A DNA stretch of 64,000 nucleotides, from the IMG/VR virus record IMGVR_UViG_3300035670_005636; one strand, written 5' to 3'. The notes beneath the pieces are model-generated. The model had not been told where the DNA came from. It saw only the letters and a list, made by a program, of their open reading frames with translations, and ran no database searches. Positions 17,718-27,280 of the stretch are shown here, piece after piece (within the stretch, counting starts at the first letter, position 1; the number at the start of each line of letters is the position of its first letter). The translations under genes and the position numbers were made by a program. Source of the stretch: an uncultured virus (IMG/VR IMGVR_UViG_3300035670_005636). Taxonomy: Duplodnaviria > Heunggongvirae > Uroviricota > Caudoviricetes.

Positions 17718-19466
17718 ATGGCAACTTCTATCAACACATCGAATCAAAATATAATTTCGCAAGGCGATAATACACTCAATAGAAACCACTTAGGCGATAA
17801 AGTTTCGATTGACAGACTTGTTTTAAAAACAAACTATGGAGAATCAATAGGTTTAATAGGCAAATTTGATGAGATTATTATTTATGAAAATATGTTCTCA
17901 TCATCCATTTCAGGATATATTACAATAAAAGATACATACGGATTACTTGAAAAATATCTTTTAATAGGCGGTGAACAACTTGAGGTTAGACTAACAAAAC
18001 CACAAACATCCGATATCATTATGTGGAGAGATGATTTAATCATTCACAGAATATCAAAATCTACAGTAGATGAAAATCTAAACAGTCGATATGCGTTACA
18101 TTTTACAACTCAAAGTTTTATTAAATCATTTAAAAAGAGAATATTTAAGTCTTATAGAAGAATATCAGTATTAAGAATTGTTGAATCTTTATTCAAAGAA
18201 ATGTCAGTCAATGATCTGATTAAAGAAGATCCCGGAATGACTTTTGGAAGTAAAAAGCCTTATATTTGTCATGGATTAAATCCACATAGTGCGATTGATT
18301 ATTTGGCAAAACTTGCATCAACAAAAGGCAAATTCTTTTTATTCTTTGAAACCGCCATACCAAGCATCGGCACTTTTTTAGAAAGTAATGAAAATAACTT
18401 TTTCTCAGATGCTCCCGATACAGGATCATCTTTTTCTGCGTCACATTATTTCGGCAGCATTGAAAACTTATCCGCTGCTGCACCTTATACAGTAATTTAC
18501 AGACCAAGTTTAACAGGAAGCATTGAGAAATCTTTAGGCTCTAGAACATTAAGAACACCAAGTTTTACAAGACTTACGAATTATAATCATCTTGACGCAA
18601 TGATGACCGGTGTATATAATAGTAAGATTACATCTATAGATCCAATATTGGCGACATGGAATTATACAAAAATGTCATATGCTCACAGAGCAGGACCGTT
18701 TGCATCTTACAAAGATAAAGAGTATGAATTACCTGGTGAAAAATTGCTGATGGTAACAACAGTAAATCAATTTGGAAAAGATGGTTGGCTAGGAAATCAT
18801 TTGAGAGGCCAGATTGTAAATAATCTGATGAAGGTTGCCATTTTGTTGGAAGGTGGAACAAACACCGTGAAAACAGGTTCAATGATTGATTTAAAAATAC
18901 CTTCACAATATAAGAAAGTAATTAATCCTCAAGAATCTAAAATAGATGATGACATTCTTTATTCTGGAAAATATATCGTAACCGCTATTAAACATATCAT
19001 ATCATCGGATAATTATGTCAAAGAAGTTGAATTGAGTAGAGGAATTCTAAACTTTGATTTTAGAGGCACTGGTGAAGGTGCAATTGTAAATGAATCAATT
19101 CCTGATTTAATCAATAAGAAACCTACCGATGATCTACCGGCAGTTGAGATTACAGTTAAATATCAAGATGCGGTAGATGAAGTGATAGGCACAATTGATC
19201 AAACATTTAATGACGTTGCTATTACTATTACTAGAAATTCAGATGGTACACTAACTCAAAAATCACAAGCAATTATTGCTGCACTTGGTATAGAACTTAT
19301 TGATCCTCTTACATTCTCTGAGAGATCAATTAAACTTCTAAACAGTTCTTTAAATAAAGATGAGTTTGATGAAGCTAACACAGCCATTATAACAATGTAT
19401 CCAGGTAATGTCAAGACACTAAATCCAGATAAATTACTTATACTTAAACAATCATTAGGAAGATGA
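17718..19466 (+). CDS. baseplate hub protein (gp27-like)
   Basis: 'IYENMFSSSISG.I.I.D', 'GGEQL', 'FLFFE', 'YSGKYIVTAIKH'; synteny 53-27-5. Confidence 0.7.
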   Translation: MATSINTSNQNIISQGDNTLNRNHLGDKVSIDRLVLKTNYGESIGLIGKFDEIIIYENMFSSSISGYITIKDTYGLLEKYLLIGGEQLEVRLTKPQTSDIIMWRDDLIIHRISKSTVDENLNSRYALHFTTQSFIKSFKKRIFKSYRRISVLRIVESLFKEMSVNDLIKEDPGMTFGSKKPYICHGLNPHSAIDYLAKLASTKGKFFLFFETAIPSIGTFLESNENNFFSDAPDTGSSFSASHYFGSIENLSAAAPYTVIYRPSLTGSIEKSLGSRTLRTPSFTRLTNYNHLDAMMTGVYNSKITSIDPILATWNYTKMSYAHRAGPFASYKDKEYELPGEKLLMVTTVNQFGKDGWLGNHLRGQIVNNLMKVAILLEGGTNTVKTGSMIDLKIPSQYKKVINPQESKIDDDILYSGKYIVTAIKHIISSDNYVKEVELSRGILNFDFRGTGEGAIVNESIPDLINKKPTDDLPAVEITVKYQDAVDEVIGTIDQTFNDVAITITRNSDGTLTQKSQAIIAALGIELIDPLTFSERSIKLLNSSLNKDEFDEANTAIITMYPGNVKTLNPDKLLILKQSLGR

Positions 19467-19470
19467 TTCA

Positions 19471-20433
19471 ATGAAATTTACAGAGTTTTTTCATAAAAAA
19501 GAATATGAATATCAACAAGCACTGAATGAAAAACAAATTGTCTATAACGGCGGTAAGTCATATGGTCAAGTTGTTTTCTTAGCGGGTGGTGCTGGTAGTG
19601 GTAAAGGATTTGCTATCAGCAACTTCATGGAAGGTCCTAAGTTCAAAGTCATTGACGTTGATGAATTAAAGATGGCATTCCAGAAGTTGGACTATCTGAA
19701 CAAGTTTACCATGAAGCAATTGCTAGACAAATATGGCAGTAAAATTAAACCACATGACATGGAAACTTTGCAAAAAGAAGTTCTGGATCGTGACTACAGC
19801 ATGAAGAATCTAAATCTAAGAACGCCTGAGCATGTATTTGCACTTCACGTATTAGTCAGAGCAACTGGTGCAAAAGATAAACTCATTGATATGATGTTAA
19901 ACGGCGCTAAAGAAGGTAAGTTGCCTAATATTATATTTGATACAACGTTCAAAGATATGGACGATTTGAACACATACGTACCAAAACTCATGCGAATGGG
20001 CTACGATCCAAAGAGTATACATATCACTTGGGTACTCACAAATTATCAAGTAGCAATCAAAAACAACTCAGAAAGACCGAGAGTTGTTCCTGCTGACATT
20101 CTCCTTGCGACACATCAAGGCGCAGCAAGAACTGTATTTGAATTAGTTAAGGCTGGGCTGCCAAAAGAAATTGATGGTGGTTTCTATGTAGTTCTAAACA
20201 ATCGTGAGAACACTATTGTGTGGACTGATCCAAAGACAGGTAAGCCGTATAAGAATATGGGTAAGTATGATAATAAAAACAATTTGATTGTAAAAGATTT
20301 TAAGTATCTCACGCTAAAGAGACCTGGCAAAGCAATGGAACCAGAAGTGAACGTAAAGAAAGAATTGTTTACATGGATCAAAGACAATGTACCACCGAAT
20401 TCACTAGACACAACAGAGTTAGATAAACTATGA
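19471..20433 (+). CDS. P-loop kinase, zeta-toxin/AAA_33-like
   Basis: Walker A 'LAGGAGSGKG', 'IDVDE', 'IIFDTT', 'N.ERPRVVP'. Confidence 0.7.
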   Translation: MKFTEFFHKKEYEYQQALNEKQIVYNGGKSYGQVVFLAGGAGSGKGFAISNFMEGPKFKVIDVDELKMAFQKLDYLNKFTMKQLLDKYGSKIKPHDMETLQKEVLDRDYSMKNLNLRTPEHVFALHVLVRATGAKDKLIDMMLNGAKEGKLPNIIFDTTFKDMDDLNTYVPKLMRMGYDPKSIHITWVLTNYQVAIKNNSERPRVVPADILLATHQGAARTVFELVKAGLPKEIDGGFYVVLNNRENTIVWTDPKTGKPYKNMGKYDNKNNLIVKDFKYLTLKRPGKAMEPEVNVKKELFTWIKDNVPPNSLDTTELDKL

Positions 20434-20663
20434 AACGTTTTAAAGATTATATTCATGGTGCAATCTTATCCGAAGAAGAGTGGGAAGAAGCAGTATTTGG
20501 TGTAGAAATATCAGAGGTGCTCAAACAAGTGGATGGTAAATGGGCATTAGTCTCAAAGAAAACTGGCAAACCTTTAGCGTATTATGACGGTGAAGGCAAA
20601 CCGTCTGACGAGTGGGTCGCAAAACAAGAACGTAGAATTCAATTCTTTAAGCACAAAGGTTAA
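20430..20663 (+). CDS. hypothetical protein, possible internal head protein
   Basis: ORF coupled to both neighbours; N-terminus 'MKRFKDYI'. Confidence 0.6.
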   Translation: MKRFKDYIHGAILSEEEWEEAVFGVEISEVLKQVDGKWALVSKKTGKPLAYYDGEGKPSDEWVAKQERRIQFFKHKG

Positions 20664-22052
20664 ATGAGAAATTTTTTAGGTCAAGATGGATTTATTTGGT
20701 GGGTAGGAGTCGTTGAAGACGATAAAGATCCTGTTAAATTAGGAAGATGTCGTGTTAGAATTTTTGGTTATCATCCACCTTTAAAAGAAAATCTTGTGCC
20801 TACAGGACATTTGCCATGGTCAACTTCAATCATTTCCACTAATACCAGAGGAATATATAAAGCACCTAAAAAAGGTGACTGGGTTATAGGTTTCTTTTTA
20901 GATGGAGAAACCATGCAAGAACCTGCTGTATTTGGAATGTTTCCATCTGAACCGATTGAGTCTAAAGAATACTTTAGTTTACCTCCTTTTAAATTTCAAA
21001 AAGGTGATAAAAAAGATAAGATTGAAAAAGATTTTGAACAGGTAACAGATGGTACACTAGCGAACAAAGCAGGAATTGAAGATTTTAAGTCTGAGTATGC
21101 ATTCGCTCTTGAATCAAATAATGTCGGCGACAATAGTCATGGCCACTTCATGATGATGTACGATGAACCTGAGAAAGAAATTTTTATATTCAAGAGTTCT
21201 TTAGGTCACGAAATCGTGCTCAATGATAATACATTCAATTCTTTTGTGTCATTAACATCAAATGATGGTCGAGTTATTGAGATAAATGATACAAAAGAAT
21301 TGATAAAAATAGAGTCACTGAATCATAGCATAACGATAAATGATAAATTAAACACAATCTCTTTAGAGCACAGTACAGGCGCACTATTTACTATAGATGC
21401 ATTAGGAAACATTACTGTTAATGCGGCACCAAATAGAGATTTGAATTTTATCGGTAAAAATGTAAATGTCACATCAACAAACTTCAATGTCAATGCTACA
21501 AATAGCATAATAAATAATACAAAAGATTATACAGTTAACGCATCAAACAACATTTCATTGTCTGCCAATACAGCATATGTTACATCGGTAGACCTTGATG
21601 TTGATACTTCAAATACGGTAACGCACAATACGAAAGATTTGATTGTAGATGCATCAAATAATATATCGATCTTCAGCAATACAATCTACGTGACACCAAA
21701 TAGTATAACATTTACCTCAAGAGATTTTGAAGTAACCGCAAATAATTTGATGCTCATAGAATATCCTCCGTATGATTTATTACTTGAAGACGGTGATAAC
21801 GTTTTAATAGATGATGAAAATGATGACGGTGACAAATTCAGAAATGAAGATTGGACCATAATTCCTATTATATATTCACCATCTATATTGTCAAGTATAT
21901 TTGATGCATCAAATTCAAGTATAGTTGGTTTTCAAACTGGATTGAGTGGCGCAAATGCTGAAATTGCAACAATCAAAACAAGAATTGATTCTCCAGTAGT
22001 TGCAACTGCAAATACTCCTACAGGAACCGATACATTTATTCAGTCATTATAA
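20664..22052 (+). CDS. 5: baseplate central spike (gp5-like, no lysozyme domain)
   Basis: OB-fold 'WWVGVVED..DP.KLGRCRVRIFGYH', 'G.WVIGFFLDG...QEP.V.G'; beta-helix-like repeats in the C-terminal half. Confidence 0.9.
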   Translation: MRNFLGQDGFIWWVGVVEDDKDPVKLGRCRVRIFGYHPPLKENLVPTGHLPWSTSIISTNTRGIYKAPKKGDWVIGFFLDGETMQEPAVFGMFPSEPIESKEYFSLPPFKFQKGDKKDKIEKDFEQVTDGTLANKAGIEDFKSEYAFALESNNVGDNSHGHFMMMYDEPEKEIFIFKSSLGHEIVLNDNTFNSFVSLTSNDGRVIEINDTKELIKIESLNHSITINDKLNTISLEHSTGALFTIDALGNITVNAAPNRDLNFIGKNVNVTSTNFNVNATNSIINNTKDYTVNASNNISLSANTAYVTSVDLDVDTSNTVTHNTKDLIVDASNNISIFSNTIYVTPNSITFTSRDFEVTANNLMLIEYPPYDLLLEDGDNVLIDDENDDGDKFRNEDWTIIPIIYSPSILSSIFDASNSSIVGFQTGLSGANAEIATIKTRIDSPVVATANTPTGTDTFIQSL

Positions 22053-22062
22053 GGAGAAATTT

Positions 22063-22248
22063 ATGACAAATCATGAAAATTTAGTTAGTCTTTTTGATAC
22101 GTATCTTGTTGAAAATGCAAAGTTTGAGGAAAAAGGAAACAAGTCTGCAGGAACTCGTGCAAGAAAGGCACTCGCTGAGATTGCAAAAGTCATAAAAGAA
22201 AGAAGAAAAGAGATTCAAGAAATTAAAACAACAGAAAAAACGGAATAA
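22063..22248 (+). CDS. small basic protein, Hc1/histone-H1-like family
   Basis: 'EKGNKSAGTRARKAL.EI.K..KE.RKEI'; AAGGAG SD before ATG 22063. Confidence 0.65.
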   Translation: MTNHENLVSLFDTYLVENAKFEEKGNKSAGTRARKALAEIAKVIKERRKEIQEIKTTEKTE

Positions 22249-22255
22249 ATAGAGA

Positions 22256-22639
22256 ATGGCAACAGTAATTTTCTACAAAGATTTACCGCTCGATTTTACA
22301 CCACATCCGATTTCTGGAGATGTGCGACCCATTGTTAACGAAGTTGCGATCAAACGTGCGTTAATCAATTTGGTAAGAACTCGAAAAGGCACAAGACCAT
22401 TTGATCCAGAATTTGGTACAAATATACATAAATATCTATTTGATACTGGTCCTCTTGCTGAAAATGAAATCAACAAAAGTCTTTACAATACAATCAAAAG
22501 ATACGAGCCGAGAGTTACTGTAACAAAAATAAAAACGGAAATTGATGGTATGAATGGTATAGAAATTACAATAGAATATTATATCAAGAATGCTAATCTA
22601 TTAAATAACGTTCAAACAGTTATTAGAAGGGCGTCATAA
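22256..22639 (+). CDS. 25: baseplate wedge subunit (gp25-like)
   Basis: 'YKDL.LDF..HP..GD', 'AIKR...NLV.T..G.RPF.PEFG', 'YEPRV'. Confidence 0.92.
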   Translation: MATVIFYKDLPLDFTPHPISGDVRPIVNEVAIKRALINLVRTRKGTRPFDPEFGTNIHKYLFDTGPLAENEINKSLYNTIKRYEPRVTVTKIKTEIDGMNGIEITIEYYIKNANLLNNVQTVIRRAS

Positions 22640-24465
22640 TGGCCTCATCTTCATCACCAATAAACTTAAAACTTGATGAATTAAATTTTCAAGGTATTAA
22701 ATCAAATCTTATAAACTATCTTAAAGCACAAGATCAGTTTAGAGATTATAACTTTGAAGCATCAGGCATGCAAGTATTATTGGATCTTCTTGCGTACAAT
22801 ACTTATTACAATTCTTTTTACTTAAATATGGTTGCAAGTGAGACTTTTCTTGCAACCGCACAAAAAAGAAACTCAGTAATCAACATTGCAAGATCATTAA
22901 ACTATACTCCAAGGTCAACAACGTCTGCTAAAATTTCAGGCTTAGCACTATTGAGCGTGACAGGATCTCCGACGGCGGTTACAATTCCTGCATACACGAC
23001 ATTTCAAGGTACAGTTGACGGTAGAAGTTATGTGTTTAATACCATTGAAGCGATTACAGTTCCATCAGTTTCAGGCGTATACTCTAAAGAAATCACATTA
23101 ACTGAAGGTGCATATGTTCAGCAGCGATTTTTAGTAAACGGCAGTGATCCAGATCAAAGATTTTTAATTCGAAACACTGGAATTGATACGACAACATTGC
23201 TAGTAAGAATTCAAAACTCTACACTTGACAGTACGACACGCCTTTTCACACCACCAAATAATATTGTTGACGTTACACCAACATCACAAGTATATTATCT
23301 TGAAGAAGTTGAAGACGGCTTGTTTGAATTGTTTTTTGGTGATGGTAATGTTGGAGTAGCATTAGATGATGGCAATGTAATCATTGTAGATTTTTTAGTT
23401 TCAAGCGGTGCTTTAGCAAACGATATTGAAACGCTTGTTTATACAGACACGATTAATGGTATAACTGATATTACATTTACCGAAGATGGACCTGCTTTTG
23501 GTGGATTGAACAGAGAAAGCACTGCCCGCATTAAATTTAATGCACCAAAATCATATGAAGCGCAAAATCGAGCAGTTACCGTTGAAGATTACAAAGCACT
23601 TCTACTAAATCAAACAAATGTTGGCGCAGTTTCAGTTTGGGGTGGTGAAGACAATGATCCACCAGCGTATGGTGTAGTTTATGTTGCGATACGCCCATTT
23701 AACGGTGAAGTATTGACTGCATCGGAAAAAGAAAATTTAATTACGACAATCATTAAACCAAAAAAGATTCTAACCGTTAGAACTATTATTGTTGATCCCG
23801 AATACACATATCTTCAAGTAAACTGTACAGTCAAGTATGATTCTACAAAATCAATTCTTTCACTAACGTCGATTGAACAAAAAGTTATCACGACAATTGA
23901 AAATTATAACACCGACGATTTAAATGAATTTTCACAGTATTTTAGATTCTCAAAATTGTCAAGATTGATTGATGCAACTGATAGATCCATTCTAAACAAT
24001 TCGATGACAATTAAGATGATAAAGGAAACGGACGTCCAGTTAGGTCAATCGAAGCGATATGAAGTTAATTTTGCAAATCCTATAGATAGTACGACAAGTG
24101 GTAGACCAATCTCTCATCCATTTGGATTAGGAAATCAAATTACATCAAATGAATTCAGCTATGCAGGATACACTAGATGCTTTTTAGAAGACAACAACGG
24201 CATCATTCGTGTGTATCGTCTGTCTGGAGCAGATAAAGTTGGTGTAAATATTGACACTGGTACAATTAATTATGATACAGGAAAAATCGTACTTAACAGT
24301 TTTATGCCTACAGCATTTGCTGACGGTGGCGTTACGTTAAAAATTACTGCCAATCCAAGAGATTTAGATATTTTACCACTGAGAAATCAGATCATTAATA
24401 TTCGGGATGAAGATATTATAGTTGATGTAATTGACGATAGATCAATTAGTTTAGTAAGTAGATAA
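22639..24465 (+). CDS. 6: baseplate wedge subunit (gp6-like)
   Basis: 'DYNFEASG..VLLDLLAYNTYYN', 'FGDG..G', 'QNRAVT.EDY', 'WGGEDNDPP.YG.VY'. Confidence 0.95.
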   Translation: MASSSSPINLKLDELNFQGIKSNLINYLKAQDQFRDYNFEASGMQVLLDLLAYNTYYNSFYLNMVASETFLATAQKRNSVINIARSLNYTPRSTTSAKISGLALLSVTGSPTAVTIPAYTTFQGTVDGRSYVFNTIEAITVPSVSGVYSKEITLTEGAYVQQRFLVNGSDPDQRFLIRNTGIDTTTLLVRIQNSTLDSTTRLFTPPNNIVDVTPTSQVYYLEEVEDGLFELFFGDGNVGVALDDGNVIIVDFLVSSGALANDIETLVYTDTINGITDITFTEDGPAFGGLNRESTARIKFNAPKSYEAQNRAVTVEDYKALLLNQTNVGAVSVWGGEDNDPPAYGVVYVAIRPFNGEVLTASEKENLITTIIKPKKILTVRTIIVDPEYTYLQVNCTVKYDSTKSILSLTSIEQKVITTIENYNTDDLNEFSQYFRFSKLSRLIDATDRSILNNSMTIKMIKETDVQLGQSKRYEVNFANPIDSTTSGRPISHPFGLGNQITSNEFSYAGYTRCFLEDNNGIIRVYRLSGADKVGVNIDTGTINYDTGKIVLNSFMPTAFADGGVTLKITANPRDLDILPLRNQIINIRDEDIIVDVIDDRSISLVSR

Positions 24466-24470
24466 AATAA

Positions 24471-27227
24471 ATGTCTGATTTAATTCAGTATAGACCGTCG
24501 ATACCTTTACCAGAACTTCTCTGCGATGAAATCAGAGAAGGATCTGAGGATCTTCTTCTTTTCCTTCAAGCGTACTACGAGTGGCTTCAAACTTGTACTT
24601 TAATCTATACTGACATTTCTGGTACCTTTACAAAAGGTGAAACAGTTACAGGCAGCACATCGTCAGCAAATGGTATCATTAAAGTTGTTGACACTGCAAA
24701 TAATCAAATCATTGTAAAAAGAGGTACGTTAAAGCCTTTTGATTTGCAAGAAACGATTACTGGTGGATCATCTAGTGCAAGTGCGACACTTAATCAAATC
24801 AAGGACAATGTTGTAAGACAAACTGGTAAGATTTTAGAGTATCGTGATCCTGTAAAATCAGTAGATAAATTTGTAGACTTTCTAAAGTCCGAATTATATG
24901 ACAGTTTTCCTAAAACAATGGAAACTGATGAGAGATTCATTGCTAAAAAACTCCGAGATTTTTATAGAACGAAGAGTAATGAAGACTCATATAAATTCCT
25001 GTTTCGAATTTTATTTGATGAAGATATTGAACTTAAGTATCCTGGAGAAGACCTTCTCAGAGTTTCTGATGGTAAATTTTCAAAAATTTATAAGATAAGA
25101 ACTCAAATTAAGAGTGATGTTTTTGATTTCATAAATGAAACGATTAGAGGAAAAACGAGTGAGGCATTAGCAAACGTTATTGATATAAGACTTGTATATA
25201 TCGGAGCATTTCAAGTCGCTGAAATGGAACTTATATTAACATCAGGATCTTTTGATGCTGAAGAAGAAATCGAAGCAGTTGCAAATACGGAACTGACTGC
25301 AAACACTTATGGAATGATTACAGGATTTAACATCATTGATGGTGGATCAGGATATAGTTCGGGCGATCAAATTCCAATCTTTGGAGATGGAAGTGCAGCA
25401 GAAACTTTTGTTTCATCAATAAAAAAATCTCCTATTACAGCACTAAAAGTTAATACAATTGGTCATGGTTATAGATTGGGTGTTGATGCTACGATTGATA
25501 ATACAGGCACGGGTGGCACTGGATTAGAAGTCACAGTTAAATCTATATCAAACACATATATCGTCGTTGAAGGCGCAAACACATACACACTTGGCGAAAT
25601 TGACGAAGTTGCAATTGTTGCTAGAGGTAAGAATTATGCAGCAAAGCCTGGCATCACTTTAGTTGATACAACTATTAGTGCGTTAGGTATGTTGAGTGAC
25701 AGATTAATTACAATTGTTAGTGGTGGAAGTAATTATGCAGTCGGTGACGCTTTAGTTTTTACAGGCGGTGCAGGATCAAATGCTGCTGGTAATGTTGCAT
25801 CCGTTTCAGAAAATACTCCTTATGATTTACAATTTGAAGACGGCGGTAAAGTTTTAATAGATGGTGGAAGTATAGGTGATATATTAAAAAACGAAGATTG
25901 GAGTGTATCCGGTGCAATTACTCGGATCGAACTTACAAATTTTGGTAGAAATTATACATCAGAAAATTTACCATTGATTACTGTTACAAGTGGAAGTGGT
26001 GCAGACGCAAATCTAATCGCAACAAACATTCAAGGTGTCTCAGCAAATGTTGAGGTTGACACAGCAAACAATCAAACTGGCGTAGGATCAATTCGATCAA
26101 TTGAAGTCCGCAATCCTGGCGTGCTGTATACCACTGCGACAGCGAATACTTCATTGATAGGTGACGGAAATGCAAACGTTGTTCCAATCGTTTCAGGTTT
26201 AAGTATATCTGATGGAGTTTGGATAAATGATGAAGGTAAAATTGACTACAAGATTATTCAAGATTCTTATTACTGGCAAGACTTTTCTTATGTTATTCGA
26301 GGCGGTTTAGAAATTCAAGAATATTCTGATATAGTAAAAAGAATAATTCATCCTGCAGGTACAATATTTTTCGGTGAAATTCTTCTGGTGTCAGAATTGA
26401 ATGTCACACCGAGAATGAATAGTATCATTGAAGTTGTACAGAACATCGAAGACTTTTATATTTACATTAAATCTCTTGTCGATGCATCATTACAAAATGC
26501 ATCAACTGAACCTATTGAAAAAGAAATACCCCTTGAAATACTTGATCCTGCACCATTAACTAATGATAACAATATAGATCCTGTAATTATTATTGAGAAG
26601 CCTATTGATTTAACTGGCGAGGAACACACAGAATATAACCTACAAATTCCACTGGAAACAAACACCGAAATAACTACTGTATCAAATGAATACAGTCGAA
26701 AGATACAGTATGATGCGAATACTAACATCAATACAATCGAAGAATATTTAATTCAAATACCATTACATCAAAATGTTTCAATTGATAGTACAATAGATCA
26801 ATTAAAAGTTCAATATGAGATTCTTGCCAATAACGAATTTTTTGTACCAATATTAGAAAGAGTTGTATCTCCTGTAGCACAGTCAGCCAACGCTGCAACT
26901 AATTATATCGGACCTTTTGTAGGCACTTATGGAGATGCAAGAATTTCAGAATTTGCATCCGCCACTATAAGTAGTTTAGCAAGTATTACCTTTGATACGG
27001 AAATTTTGAAATCGATAAGAACTTTATCAAGAATTTCAGGAACAGTCAATGTATCATCAAATATTGTATTTGGAACAGGAACAACATTTACAAGCGATTT
27101 TTCACCTGGTAGTTATTTTGTCGTAGAAAACGAAAAATTTATCGTTTTAAGTGTAGCAAATTCAACATATATGGAACTAAACGTTCCAGCGCAAACAACT
27201 TACACAAATGTTTTTGCATATTCTTGA
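24471..27227 (+). CDS. 7: baseplate wedge initiator (gp7-like)
   Basis: 'FLQAYYEWL', 'SYKFLFRILF', 'IQDSYYWQDFSYVI', 'HPAG..FFGE'; between gp6 and gp8. Confidence 0.8.
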   Translation: MSDLIQYRPSIPLPELLCDEIREGSEDLLLFLQAYYEWLQTCTLIYTDISGTFTKGETVTGSTSSANGIIKVVDTANNQIIVKRGTLKPFDLQETITGGSSSASATLNQIKDNVVRQTGKILEYRDPVKSVDKFVDFLKSELYDSFPKTMETDERFIAKKLRDFYRTKSNEDSYKFLFRILFDEDIELKYPGEDLLRVSDGKFSKIYKIRTQIKSDVFDFINETIRGKTSEALANVIDIRLVYIGAFQVAEMELILTSGSFDAEEEIEAVANTELTANTYGMITGFNIIDGGSGYSSGDQIPIFGDGSAAETFVSSIKKSPITALKVNTIGHGYRLGVDATIDNTGTGGTGLEVTVKSISNTYIVVEGANTYTLGEIDEVAIVARGKNYAAKPGITLVDTTISALGMLSDRLITIVSGGSNYAVGDALVFTGGAGSNAAGNVASVSENTPYDLQFEDGGKVLIDGGSIGDILKNEDWSVSGAITRIELTNFGRNYTSENLPLITVTSGSGADANLIATNIQGVSANVEVDTANNQTGVGSIRSIEVRNPGVLYTTATANTSLIGDGNANVVPIVSGLSISDGVWINDEGKIDYKIIQDSYYWQDFSYVIRGGLEIQEYSDIVKRIIHPAGTIFFGEILLVSELNVTPRMNSIIEVVQNIEDFYIYIKSLVDASLQNASTEPIEKEIPLEILDPAPLTNDNNIDPVIIIEKPIDLTGEEHTEYNLQIPLETNTEITTVSNEYSRKIQYDANTNINTIEEYLIQIPLHQNVSIDSTIDQLKVQYEILANNEFFVPILERVVSPVAQSANAATNYIGPFVGTYGDARISEFASATISSLASITFDTEILKSIRTLSRISGTVNVSSNIVFGTGTTFTSDFSPGSYFVVENEKFIVLSVANSTYMELNVPAQTTYTNVFAYS

Positions 27228-27280
27228 TATACACTTAACTTTTAATCATAAATAAACAATAAGTAATAAAGGAGATTTTT

